Origin: a virus
Length of the DNA stretch: 64,000 nt
Direction: 5' to 3' (one strand)
IMG/VR virus record: IMGVR_UViG_3300031952_000013
Span: 1 to 64,000 of that record
A program made the position numbers and the translations under genes. Positions 28,633 through 38,262 of this stretch are shown in pieces. Within the stretch, counting starts at the first letter, position 1. Each line of letters starts with the position of its first letter. The notes beneath the pieces are model-generated. The model was given only the letters and a program-made list of their open reading frames with translations, searched no databases and was not told the DNA's origin.

Positions 28633-29781
28633 ATGAAAGATCAATTTCTTATTTTTCAATCAGGGCTATGCGACTTCTCTACTGCTGAGTGGGGGGTCCT
28701 CAAGTTTAAGGATGGTATCTTTGACCTTGATGAACCGAAGGCCTTTAACAGACAGCGTAGGATGCTCAATGCGGGGGGCAATATGTCCCGAATCCTACGA
28801 AGCTCCCCTTGGGGGGTCCCCGCTGGACAGATGTTTGACTATACTCATCCTCAATACTTCTCTATCTTGAGGAGATACCTGAAGATTCTCAACAACCCCT
28901 GCCAGGCTGCACCAACAGGACAGGGAGCAAGGGTTGTCATCGAACCCTTTGATGGCTCATCAGAGAAGTGGTTTTATACCGATCACAAGAAGGCAGGAGA
29001 TTTGCTGAGGACTTTCCTGGCCAATACAGCCGACTTGGACTTCGTTGATATTGGGTCTGGGAATGAGTGCGAAGATGACCGCTATCCTTTTCTTTTCCGT
29101 GATACCATCATCCCCGCCTTCGATGATTTCAAAAAGATACCGTTCTCCTATGGCTCGACCTACAATTATAAGAACAGCGTAGAAAGTGAGAAGAGAATTC
29201 ACGACTGCAAGGCAGTAGCTTCAAAGAAATGGGGCGATCTGACCTCATTCGCAATTTTCAAGCAGGTGCATGGATGCTGTGACAAGACCAGCGAGAACCT
29301 TATCCAAGCCGCTGAGTGGTGGGCCAAGCATAATATGGGCACTTTCTACTCTGTGGACGGATGCAAGAGAAGCAAGAGTCCATGCGATTTCTACCAGGAT
29401 CAGGTCCGTTCCTCTCCCGAGGAATTTGCGGGGACGGCAAAATACGTTCTTGACTACATCGAGACCATGCTTCATCCCAAGTTCAAGATGACAACCGGTC
29501 AGGTCAAGTGTGCTTTTGAGTTCATTAGTAAGGTCTGGAACAACGACGTTTGTGGTGCGTTGCCTATCATCGCAGTAAGCGAACTCCATAAAGCCGTCTT
29601 TGGTGAGTACCCATTCAACTGGGGCAAGTACCCGGATGATTGGGTCGAGCCTATTCCCCCGATACCGCCTGAACCCCCGACCCCACCGACACCCCCCGTC
29701 CAGATCAAACCCTGCTGCTACTTCTGGAACCGGCACAACTACCTTCATTGGATTAGGTGTATCCTGTTCGGTAAGCATTAG
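28633..29781 (+). CDS. Hypothetical 382-aa protein with Pro-rich C-terminal linker
   Basis: Long ORF with C-richer codon usage; PIPPIPPEPPTPPTPP linker. Confidence 0.7.
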   Translation: MKDQFLIFQSGLCDFSTAEWGVLKFKDGIFDLDEPKAFNRQRRMLNAGGNMSRILRSSPWGVPAGQMFDYTHPQYFSILRRYLKILNNPCQAAPTGQGARVVIEPFDGSSEKWFYTDHKKAGDLLRTFLANTADLDFVDIGSGNECEDDRYPFLFRDTIIPAFDDFKKIPFSYGSTYNYKNSVESEKRIHDCKAVASKKWGDLTSFAIFKQVHGCCDKTSENLIQAAEWWAKHNMGTFYSVDGCKRSKSPCDFYQDQVRSSPEEFAGTAKYVLDYIETMLHPKFKMTTGQVKCAFEFISKVWNNDVCGALPIIAVSELHKAVFGEYPFNWGKYPDDWVEPIPPIPPEPPTPPTPPVQIKPCCYFWNRHNYLHWIRCILFGKH

Positions 29782-29794
29782 TTAGGAGAGTTTA

Positions 29795-30232
29795 ATGGCA
29801 ATTCAGAGATTCATCCCCCCGATGATGGGGAGGGGGAAAGGGAGGATTCCCCAGGCCATACCTGCTGTGAATATTACGGTTGGAAAGACGGCTAGGTTTC
29901 ACTTCAATACGGCGGCTATCCTGAGGTATCTTGGTGATAAGACCTGTGTGGAGTATTTCTTTGATTCAGAAAAGGGGTTTATTGGATTTAAGTTCTACAA
30001 AGACAAGATGCCGAATACTTTTACTCTGACCTTGACAAAGGTTGGTACAAGTGCTACTGCTAGAGTAGTTGCTTCAGCGTCTACGTTTATAGACTACTAT
30101 GGTTTGAGAGAGCGGTTGAAAATAGCACACAACAGGACATTTGTGTTGTATGTCTCTGATGAGGATGCTGATTTGATACTGGGTGATATTAGCGAGGTTA
30201 TGCATGAAAAAAGCGACAGTGAAGGTACTTGA
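29795..30232 (+). CDS. Hypothetical protein
   Basis: AGGAG RBS. Confidence 0.6.
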   Translation: MAIQRFIPPMMGRGKGRIPQAIPAVNITVGKTARFHFNTAAILRYLGDKTCVEYFFDSEKGFIGFKFYKDKMPNTFTLTLTKVGTSATARVVASASTFIDYYGLRERLKIAHNRTFVLYVSDEDADLILGDISEVMHEKSDSEGT

Positions 30233-30413
30233 TTTCATTATTATGTTTGTGATTTTGGTTCTTATTGCGGTTGGTGTGGTTGGTTTGTTTCCTTTTTATG
30301 TGATTCGTAAGGGATTGACTGGAGAAGACACACCAAAGTTAAAAGTAACTATGAAAGGTGAGGAAGGAGAGGAATCCTTTTCCCCATCGACAGATAAGCC
30401 GATGTAGGTCAAT

Positions 30414-30983
30414 GTGAGTGATGGAATTCTTCAGAGAGTTTCTTATGTGGCTGGTAACGACGAACTGACTAAGGTATTTGTTGATTACTACCCCAAGGTA
30501 ACAGCAACTGTAAAGAAACGTCTTGGTGATGATTGTGATTGGGAGGACGTTGTTGGCATCATTTTTCTCGATTTGTGTGAGGAGGTTTTATCAGAGAGAT
30601 TCAAAGGTGATTGCTCCCTGTCCACCTTGCTTTTTGTAATCACTCAAAGGCGAATAGCTGACAGATTTCGTCAGAAGTACAAACAGGACAAGGTGATGTC
30701 AAGGTGTTCATTGGAGACAGCGGAGCGTTATAGGAGCGAGGATATGGATACAGGAAGATTTCAGGCATCTGGGATTGGCGTTTCGGAGTTTTATAAGGCG
30801 TTGATGAGACAACCTATGCGGAATCAAAATCTATTGGAGGATTATTTTGAGCAGGGTTTAACTCGTTATGATTTATCCGAGAGGTATGGTTTGTCCCTGT
30901 CGAGAGTTAATTCGATTATCAGTAGGTTTCTACGTGTCATTTCTTATGGAAGAGAGAGGGTACATGCTAAAGATAATGCTTAA
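30414..30983 (+). CDS. Sigma70/ECF-like RNA polymerase sigma factor
   Basis: Region 2-like YYPKV...EDVV..IFL....F.G...LST.LF.IT.RR.AD..R; region 4 HTH-like GLT..DLSERYGLSLSRV. Confidence 0.75.
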   Translation: MSDGILQRVSYVAGNDELTKVFVDYYPKVTATVKKRLGDDCDWEDVVGIIFLDLCEEVLSERFKGDCSLSTLLFVITQRRIADRFRQKYKQDKVMSRCSLETAERYRSEDMDTGRFQASGIGVSEFYKALMRQPMRNQNLLEDYFEQGLTRYDLSERYGLSLSRVNSIISRFLRVISYGRERVHAKDNA

Positions 30984-31179
30984 AGAGCCGGTCGGAGGGA
31001 TGATTTCTCAGGGGCAGGCAGCTAGGTCTGCTAATTATCTGGAATCGGAGGGAACAGTGGAGGAGTTTATAAAGAATGTTGGAGCGGCTGGGACTCCGTG
31101 GGTTAAAGGAGTTTCACCTGCGGGTGAGCGTCTTCTGGTTCCTTTAAACAACATAGCTTTTATCATAGAGGTCAAATAG
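30964..31179 (+). CDS. Hypothetical protein
   Basis: ORF overlapping the end of the sigma gene. Confidence 0.45.
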   Translation: MLKIMLKEPVGGMISQGQAARSANYLESEGTVEEFIKNVGAAGTPWVKGVSPAGERLLVPLNNIAFIIEVK

Positions 31180-31728
31180 GTGGAAATTAAACACATACTG
31201 GAACTTCGGGACGGTGATTTCAATGTTCCCGTCCATGTCTTGAATCCTCACCAGAAGTATAGAGGTGAGATTTGTTCCACCCTCAGGGAATATGTTTTTA
31301 ATCCACTCACAAAGGTTATTTTACTGGTTGGGATGAAGAAGGGCCCTAAACAGTTTCGCTCGTTGCATATTTCAGAGGCCTCCCTAATTGCGATGGCTAT
31401 GGAGAAGAGGGGTTATGAGACAATGATTATGGAGCAACCTGAATATGAATTCTTCGGTAGGGCGACCTGGGAGCCAGGGAGGGTTGTAGGTTTACCAGGA
31501 AGTCTGACGGTTGACAAAGGTTGTGGGGCTGTGACTCAGACGTTTGCGTTTGTCGAATCTATCCCAGAAGTTCGGTTGCGCAGTATCGCTAGGCTTGTTA
31601 TGGCTGTCCAAGGTTATTTGGACGCACCTGGTATCGAAATAGAATATGTTTGGTCTACGAATTTTGTCGGGGTAAAACAATTAAAATTAATAATTTACGA
31701 CTATAAGTTTTTGTCACATTCTTCTTGA
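31180..31728 (+). CDS. Hypothetical protein
   Basis: 182-aa ORF. Confidence 0.55.
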   Translation: MEIKHILELRDGDFNVPVHVLNPHQKYRGEICSTLREYVFNPLTKVILLVGMKKGPKQFRSLHISEASLIAMAMEKRGYETMIMEQPEYEFFGRATWEPGRVVGLPGSLTVDKGCGAVTQTFAFVESIPEVRLRSIARLVMAVQGYLDAPGIEIEYVWSTNFVGVKQLKLIIYDYKFLSHSS

Positions 31729-31758
31729 CAAGAGGAACTCAAAATCCTATATTATAAT
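31725..31758 (+). promoter_or_regulatory. Sigma70-like promoter
   Basis: TTGACA(31725)-N17-TATATT, with overlapping TATAAT. Confidence 0.7.
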
Positions 31759-31777
31759 TGTACGAAAGGAGTCAAAC

Positions 31778-32422
31778 GTGGCAGAAAATCTAACTCAGGA
31801 GTCTCTTTATTTTTTCCTGTTTAACAAAGCTGTAGATATTACGGCTAGGTCAATGGATTATCTCCCGCCCACAAGGATAAAGGAGACGGCTCACGACATC
31901 ACGGTGGATTTTTTGTTCTTCAGTCAGAGCTATAGGCTGACTTACGATGTATCTAGGGATATAATGCCGTTTTTCTCTTCCTATGTGAGGAAAAAGTTGC
32001 GGAGAGCCTGGGAGGTCTTTAATGCAGAGTTGGTTGGGAGCGGCTCCAACTGGAATGGGTCGGTGGAGAGGGTCCGGGGTTGTTCTAGGGTTGAAACTTG
32101 GATTGAATTTAAGGATTGTGTTGAACGGATTAGGAGTTTGGTGAGGGGGAAGGTCTATGATGGGGTTTCTGTGGAATCAGTTTTGAAGGCTGGTTTGTAT
32201 CTCCATGCTGACGAAGGGGTGTTGTCGATTGAGACAGTGTGTAATTACCTGGGTACTTCTAAGGTAGAGGGGGTTAGAAGCGGTCTCAAATTGATTCAAA
32301 GGCTTCTGATTTATTGTCTAGGAGCGTGTGATGAACCGTATTTTTATACAGAAAGGCCCAAAAGGGTTGGTAGAAAAGGTAACTCAGCAAGCAAAGGAAA
32401 CGGCAAAGAGTCGGGGGTCTAG
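31778..32422 (+). CDS. Hypothetical protein, weakly sigma-factor-like
   Basis: AAGGAG RBS; YD...F.SYV pattern resembling sigma region 2; C-terminal HTH-like segment. Confidence 0.4.
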   Translation: MAENLTQESLYFFLFNKAVDITARSMDYLPPTRIKETAHDITVDFLFFSQSYRLTYDVSRDIMPFFSSYVRKKLRRAWEVFNAELVGSGSNWNGSVERVRGCSRVETWIEFKDCVERIRSLVRGKVYDGVSVESVLKAGLYLHADEGVLSIETVCNYLGTSKVEGVRSGLKLIQRLLIYCLGACDEPYFYTERPKRVGRKGNSASKGNGKESGV

Positions 32423-33122
32423 GTTTTGCTTTGACGCGTCTGATTTTTCGTGTTGGTTAGGTGAATGGCGAGATAAACTCAAAAGTTACGTTGAGTTCTC
32501 CCATCCAGGGGATATCTTTGTGGTGAATGTTGCTGGATTTGGTGAGGAACACTTTGCTTTGTTGTTAAAGAGTCTTGAAAGCCTTACAGTGGGGGAGTTT
32601 TGGTTGTATGGGCGGCTTCTTGCATCATATCCGTTAACTGTTCGCAGTCGTTGTCAAGTGACTTTAGACCAAGAAGAAGGGGAAGTGGATATGGTGGGAC
32701 TCCAGTTGGTTCTTGATGAAGTGAAAGCCATGAAGAAGTTGGATTCGGCATCCAAAGATGTTCCTAGGGCCGAATTTTTTGTCCCCTACTTATATAATCT
32801 TGGTCATTATGACACGTCGATGGCTGTTGCGATGGTGCTTCTGAAGGCGTCCTTTGTAGATTTTTTGTATATGTTGGATGTGTCGAATTTGTCTTCATTT
32901 TCGGCACTGATGAGTTTTGCTGAAAGACTTAAAGATGAGAACGCGGTACTCAATCTATATGAGGAATGGCTCGCTGAAAATCCTATTTTTAGTGAGAAGG
33001 AATTGCGAATTTGTCCTGCGATTCACGACCCTAAAATCAAGGCGGATTTGGACAATAAATTGGTGCTTGGTAAATTTTTTGTTCCGTATTTAATCTGCGC
33101 CAAAATGGTCAAGTCGAAATGA
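32328..33122 (+). CDS. Clamp-loader delta'-like subunit (divergent HolB-like)
   Basis: ALLLKSLES and PLTVRSRCQ, matching the clamp-loader LLK.LEE and PTI.SRC motifs; no Walker A. Confidence 0.6.
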   Translation: MMNRIFIQKGPKGLVEKVTQQAKETAKSRGSRFCFDASDFSCWLGEWRDKLKSYVEFSHPGDIFVVNVAGFGEEHFALLLKSLESLTVGEFWLYGRLLASYPLTVRSRCQVTLDQEEGEVDMVGLQLVLDEVKAMKKLDSASKDVPRAEFFVPYLYNLGHYDTSMAVAMVLLKASFVDFLYMLDVSNLSSFSALMSFAERLKDENAVLNLYEEWLAENPIFSEKELRICPAIHDPKIKADLDNKLVLGKFFVPYLICAKMVKSK

Positions 33123-34078
33123 CGTATAGAAGATTCCTCACCGATTTCGATGTACAGTTACGCACTAAGTCTGTGTGGCTAATTGAAGGGGGGGAAGAAA
33201 TAGTGCGAAGTGACGCTCTTTATATTCTGAAAAAGAAGTTTCAGCACCCACTGGCTAGAATAAAGACGAAGTTGCCTTTGCAGTATCGGGAAGTGACCTA
33301 TCACCTGTCGGATATAGTGAATTTGCCGACTGCTGTATCGACTGAATCGGCTTTTACCCTGACTGTAATACGATGGGAGAAGGGGTTATTGAACGAGAAG
33401 GAGACTAAACTGTTCCTTCGTGGGTGCAGGGATTCAAAATACTGGTTTGCAATTGTTGATGCGACGGGAGAGGTTGGTAAAGTTTTTAAAGAAGTGTTTC
33501 CAAAACTCTCAAAGGGGGTTTCTGTTGACTGTAGGAAGATTTCAGAGGATGAGGAGTCAAAAAAGTCTCTGGTGTCTAGGAGGCTGGGGATTGTTGGCGC
33601 GAGTCCGAATGAGGATGTGATTAAATACCTTGCATCGGGTGATGAGATTTACGGAGGGTGGTTGTTTAACATTTTTTATATCCTAGAGGCTCTTAAAGAA
33701 CCGAAGGTAGATGTTGATATGCTTAGGAAGCACAGTCTGATGGTTCCTAACATCGAATATTATTTGATGAAAACACTTCTTGACAAAGGTAAGTTGGCTT
33801 TTTTGTCACTCCCGACGATTGATTATGACGATGGAAAGCTATTACGGTGTATTATAAGAGAGTTAATTTTAATACTGAATTGCAAGACGGTTCGTGGGAA
33901 TAGCGACCAGAAGAAGTGCGGTATGGTTGGACTTCCCTATATGACGTTTTTGGCGTATAAAGACAAGTTAAAGAAAGTTGACTTGTTGCTTCTTTACCGT
34001 AGGTTGTATCTGACTTTCAAGACGCTTCGTTATGGAGGCCTCAAGGGGTCGGTGCTTTTATTGTTGTCTATGTGGTAG
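33119..34078 (+). CDS. Clamp-loader delta-like subunit (divergent HolA-like)
   Basis: N-terminal VWLIEGGEE resembling HolA YLLYGEE; typical length; coupled to the delta'-like gene. Confidence 0.5.
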   Translation: MTYRRFLTDFDVQLRTKSVWLIEGGEEIVRSDALYILKKKFQHPLARIKTKLPLQYREVTYHLSDIVNLPTAVSTESAFTLTVIRWEKGLLNEKETKLFLRGCRDSKYWFAIVDATGEVGKVFKEVFPKLSKGVSVDCRKISEDEESKKSLVSRRLGIVGASPNEDVIKYLASGDEIYGGWLFNIFYILEALKEPKVDVDMLRKHSLMVPNIEYYLMKTLLDKGKLAFLSLPTIDYDDGKLLRCIIRELILILNCKTVRGNSDQKKCGMVGLPYMTFLAYKDKLKKVDLLLLYRRLYLTFKTLRYGGLKGSVLLLLSMW

Positions 34079-34087
34079 GAGGTAAAT

Positions 34088-34348
34088 ATGATGGGTATGC
34101 ATCCGGTAACTAAGAAATTACTGTGTGATTTGAACTGTCATGTCTGTGGAGGGTGGAAAAAACAGGGTTGTATTATGGTTGGAGGTATGGTCACTATGGC
34201 TTTTGCTTATTTCAGATGTGTCGCCGAAGGGATTACAGTGGATAAGGTTGGGCATCCTATTGAGTTTTGGGCTGACAATCTTGAGTTGAGTAAGGATACC
34301 TGTCCTACTACTGACTATATTTTATACGACAGGGAGGTAATAAATTGA
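34088..34348 (+). CDS. Small Cys-rich hypothetical protein
   Basis: AGGAGG RBS. Confidence 0.5.
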   Translation: MMGMHPVTKKLLCDLNCHVCGGWKKQGCIMVGGMVTMAFAYFRCVAEGITVDKVGHPIEFWADNLELSKDTCPTTDYILYDREVIN

Positions 34349-34421
34349 GTTTTGGGGGTTGTAGGGGGTATATGAATTGTTGTGTCACAAAAGAGTTTAT
34401 AATAGAAGAAGGGGCGTCGGT

Positions 34422-34637
34422 ATGGAAATAAAAGCGTGTCCTTTTTGCGGAGAGAAGATAAAATTCTCAGTTAGGCACTTTGATGCGAGTCTTGTTAGTC
34501 AGGCTGAATTAGTAGAGTGGCCTGATTGGATGGTGGTGATTACGTGCGGAAATTGTGGGGCACAGGGTCCTTTAAAAGTGTGTACTGAGGAGGAGGCAGT
34601 AAAGGTTTGGAATGAAAGAGAAATGTCGGTTTTGTGA
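34422..34637 (+). CDS. Lar-like (restriction alleviation) Zn-finger protein
   Basis: CPFCG...CGNCGAQGP...EEAVKVWNER. Confidence 0.7.
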   Translation: MEIKACPFCGEKIKFSVRHFDASLVSQAELVEWPDWMVVITCGNCGAQGPLKVCTEEEAVKVWNEREMSVL

Positions 34638-34794
34638 CGGAACAGGTACATTTAGTATGACTATGACAGACACCAACGGAGAAAACAAGGACATACACTT
34701 GGCTTGTCCTGCCTGTGGGGGGTCAGGCCAAGTTCCCAAGAGAAGTCAAGATAATCCGTTTCAGTCCAGGGTTGGAAAGTTGACATTGGATTAG
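34612..34794 (+). CDS. DnaJ-type CxxCxGxG Zn-finger protein
   Basis: CRFCDGTG and CPACGGSG. Confidence 0.6.
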   Translation: MKEKCRFCDGTGTFSMTMTDTNGENKDIHLACPACGGSGQVPKRSQDNPFQSRVGKLTLD

Positions 34795-35154
34795 AATAGG
34801 TGAGAGGATAGAAACTCATCTTGGAGAGCGCGATGTCATCAACCAAAACGTATACTGATTCTTTGATAAAGACGGATTTTCATCATCTTCCTCTTTGCCT
34901 CCTTCCCAAATGGAGGGTGACAGGGGATGAGTTAAAACATTTTCTGGAGGAATTCCCTAAAACCGAGTATTCTGTGGAATTCCTGGTTAAGTTTTTAGAG
35001 GCTCATGGTTGTGAGGTAGACAGGTGAGCCGGAAAAAGTTAAATAGGAAGAAAAAAATATTGAATAAAAAGAAACTGACAAGCCGTAGGGTAGGTAAGCA
35101 AATGGTATGGTGGAAACTAGATTCACTGCCTGAATCTTCACCTTATTTTTGGGT

Positions 35155-35946
35155 ATGAAGATGAGTCCTGATATTACTATGTGTCTAGAGAAGAAGTGTC
35201 CGATAAAGAGAAAATGCTATCGTCATATAGCAAAACCGGATAAGTGGCAGTCGTATTTTGTGGAAGTTCACTTTGAAAAGGGTCTTGGGAAGTCGGGAAA
35301 ATGTGAATATTTTTGGGATGTTACGAAAGAAGGGGACCCGGTGCCGTACTGTACCGACTGCGGAGCGATAGAGCCGGAGGAAATTGAGGAGGAGGAAGAT
35401 GAGTAAAATAATTGGAAGGTTACTTTGGTTTTTAAGTAAACATCATCTTTGGAAACGACCCACCGGTAGCATGGGGATAGGAGGAGAACCCACCTACGGA
35501 TATGGGAAATTGTCTGATAATGGATATTGGCAATTTCCTGTGTATCCCCAAAAACGGGAGTCCCCCGATGACTGTCCCCGCAAACAAGGGGTGAAGGAGG
35601 AGAAAGATGAGCAAGCCTGAATTTTGGTGGTGTGTGAAATCATTTGACAGATTGGTTCTCGAAAGTGTCCGTCGAACAAGAAAAATAGCCCTTGCAGACC
35701 GTATCGGAGAATGGAAAAAACAGGGGTACGCATGGACCACAAAAATCAAATTACCCGGCAATGAGTCTATCGTCCGCATCCGCGTTGAGGAAGTGGGGAG
35801 GAAGAAAATTCCTAATGAGTAAACCATACAGTAATTCTAACTGGCATTGGTTTCTTTGGTTAATGGGTCAGTCCTTTAAATTCGCAAAGGTAGCATTTCA
35901 AATGCTTTTTAATGGTGGAGCGCGCGTGAAAGGAACCCGCCGATGA
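35155..35946 (+). CDS. Run of small overlapping hypothetical ORFs
   Basis: ORFs ending at 35406, 35620, 35822 and 35946, with overlapping start/stop junctions. Confidence 0.45.
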
Positions 35947-36121
35947 CTGACCCGAGCAAGAGGGAGGAGGAGAATGATGATTGAATTATCCTGCAATTGT
36001 GATGAATGTAAAAAGCGGTTGGGTGATGGAGATGCGGTTTATTGTGAAACCTGCGTAGCCGAACTTCGGCGGGAAATCGATGAACTGCAAAATGAGATTA
36101 TCAAACTGAAAGAGGCCACTG

Positions 36122-36382
36122 ATGAGCAGGCCGACTGACCCGAGCGAGAAGGATTTGCTGGAATTCCTTGATGGGCATAAACCCATAGGGAAACAAAATC
36201 CCGACCATGTTTGCTTCGACGCCATCCGCCGCCTGATCGAGGAGCAGAGGGAGTTGGAAGAGAAAGTGAAAGAGTGGCAAAAAAGGGCGACAAGTATTAT
36301 GGACGACCTGGACACGTCCGATTCGAGCGGCGTTCTTCTTAATGACATCCGCGACTTCGACTTCGGGAAGGGGGGGAAATAA
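36122..36382 (+). CDS. Small protein of the IRRL...IRDFD family
   Basis: DAIRRLI...EWQKRA...IRDFDFGK, shared with 37512..37799. Confidence 0.65.
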   Translation: MSRPTDPSEKDLLEFLDGHKPIGKQNPDHVCFDAIRRLIEEQRELEEKVKEWQKRATSIMDDLDTSDSSGVLLNDIRDFDFGKGGK

Positions 36383-36384
36383 AC

Positions 36385-36582
36385 ATGCCGATCTCAAGAG
36401 TAGAGTTTCTGGAAAATCAGAAGAATCTATGCAAGGAGAAGATCTATCCGTTTTTCATGCCCGGAAATGGGATTTGTTTCCGGTGCGGACGGGACATCAT
36501 TCCAAGACTGATTGAAAAAGGCGAGAACGGGAAGTCGCTCGTGACCGGATGCCCGTTATGTATGTATTCATATTGCGAATAA
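36385..36582 (+). CDS. Small Zn-finger protein, paralog of 22553..22771
   Basis: Near-collinear similarity to 22553..22771. Confidence 0.75.
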   Translation: MPISRVEFLENQKNLCKEKIYPFFMPGNGICFRCGRDIIPRLIEKGENGKSLVTGCPLCMYSYCE

Positions 36583-36632
36583 AAGAGGCCGCCGATGACC
36601 AAGCCTGATTGCATCGGCAATGGGAGGGAAAG

Positions 36633-37165
36633 ATGAAGGCCGTTTTATGTCCGGTTTGTTGTGGACGAGGAACGATTCCATCCCAACCCGTTGGGGTAAG
36701 TTTAACCGAAAATAAATGTCCTGGGTGTGGGGGTTTGGGATGGGTGACCGTTCCCGATGATCTTTGGACTATGCCTTATCCAAAACAAAAGGAAAAAGAT
36801 GATGATCCCAAAATATAACCGCCTTTCCACCCTCGCCTGGGCCATCATCTTCCTCGCCGCGCTGTGGCTCTGCCTGGTTGCGATTCCGCAATTTACTGAC
36901 AGGATTAGCCGCCATGAGGACACCTGGGCGAGGCAGACGGGGGATATTCCATCGGTGAAATTAAGTGAGGAGGATTGAGATGTGGTGCTGCAAATGTCAG
37001 AAGCAATTATCTGAGTGTACGTGTTCCGACCTACAAGAAAGACTCAGATCGGTTGCGGCAATGGGTTCATTCGTATATCGCTACTGCCGGAAGTGCGGCA
37101 AGCATTATGTCAAGTGCAAATGTTCCGAGCCGATTTGGGCGATCAAGAAAAACGCCGATGGGTAA
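36633..37165 (+). CDS. Three small ORFs: DnaJ-type Zn finger, TM protein, Cys-rich protein
   Basis: CPVCCGRG/CPGCGGLG; a hydrophobic helix; CCKC..CTC..CRKC..CKC. Confidence 0.5.
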
Positions 37166-37192
37166 TAAGGTGAGCCATGAATGAGGCCGCCG

Positions 37193-37519
37193 ATGAGCAA
37201 GCCTGAAGTGACGAGGAAGGAAATGCTGGATGTACTTGAACGCATAGAAGATGAGACAAGGGACGAAATTCGGGTTATCAAAAAAGGGGAATGGGCAGAA
37301 ACCCGGCTTCCGCTTATGGAAGAGAGAATAAGAGCCGTCGCAAGCCTCCGCCGCCTCATCAAGAATGGGCCGGAGGTGACGACCGAAGAAAGATTTGTCA
37401 GACATATCGAGAGTCACTTGTCAGGCAACCAAATTCCTGTCTGCAAAATATGTGGCAAAACTATCTTGGAAATAGACGGTGAGGCCGGGGTGACGGTGAA
37501 GGAGACCGCCGATGAGTGA
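37193..37519 (+). CDS. Small protein of the LRRL/GPEV family
   Basis: LRRLIKNGPEV...EAGVTVKE; start follows the GAGGCCGCCGATG motif. Confidence 0.6.
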   Translation: MSKPEVTRKEMLDVLERIEDETRDEIRVIKKGEWAETRLPLMEERIRAVASLRRLIKNGPEVTTEERFVRHIESHLSGNQIPVCKICGKTILEIDGEAGVTVKETADE

Positions 37520-37799
37520 GCTGGGGGAGAAGAAAATGCTGAAGCCCATTGAGAAAGCGATCCTATATCTCAACCATGTAAAAAATTGGTCAACACATGG
37601 ACCAGCGGATATGAATGTAGGAGTTCTGGCAGTAGAATTAGGACGTTCATATGATACCATCCGCCGCCTCGTTGAGAAGTAGGGGGAATGGCAAAAGAAA
37701 GCAGGCATGATTCTCTCTGTTCATAGAACCATGACTGAAGAAGAAACCGACGATTTACTTGAGAAAATCCGCGACTTCGACTTAGGCAAGGAAGGATAG
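37512..37799 (+). pseudogene. IRRL...IRDFD family gene interrupted by an in-frame TAG
   Basis: ...DTIRRLVEK*GEWQKKA...KIRDFDLGKEG*; internal TAG at 37680-37682, with similarity to 36122..36382 continuing past it. Confidence 0.65.
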
Positions 37800-38015
37800 A
37801 TGAGCGCCAAGAACCGGCGGCGGGGGAAGGGACCGGAGGTGGATGAGGATTGGATAGAGAAGTGGCTGGACAAGAACGTTTCTTGTGACTGTCACGAAGC
37901 GTATAAATTGAGAAAGATGACTGACCCGAATTGCTTCCGGCACGGTCGAGTCGATGATGTCGATTGGAGGATAATGCTCCGCGAGGCCGGGATAAGGGTA
38001 AAGGAGAAGAAATGA
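37800..38015 (+). CDS. Small protein of the GPEV...EAG family
   Basis: GPEVDE...LREAGIRVKE, shared with 37193..37519. Confidence 0.55.
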   Translation: MSAKNRRRGKGPEVDEDWIEKWLDKNVSCDCHEAYKLRKMTDPNCFRHGRVDDVDWRIMLREAGIRVKEKK

Positions 38016-38262
38016 AAATGAACCCTCCTGCTCAGGCTATGATTAAGGTGATTGATGAGCAGATTGAGGCTTGTTCTCCTTACCAACTCAAGGAGAGGAT
38101 TATGTGGGGCAGCATCAAACAGACCGTGAAAGCTGTAGAGGGTTGGAAGATAATTCTAGAAAGGGTGGATTTTAGCATCCTTCCGTGGAAAGAGACGGAT
38201 GCGTTTTTAGCGAGGATACGTAATTTTTTAGAGGGTACGTGTGTGGCTATGGAGGGCAAGAA

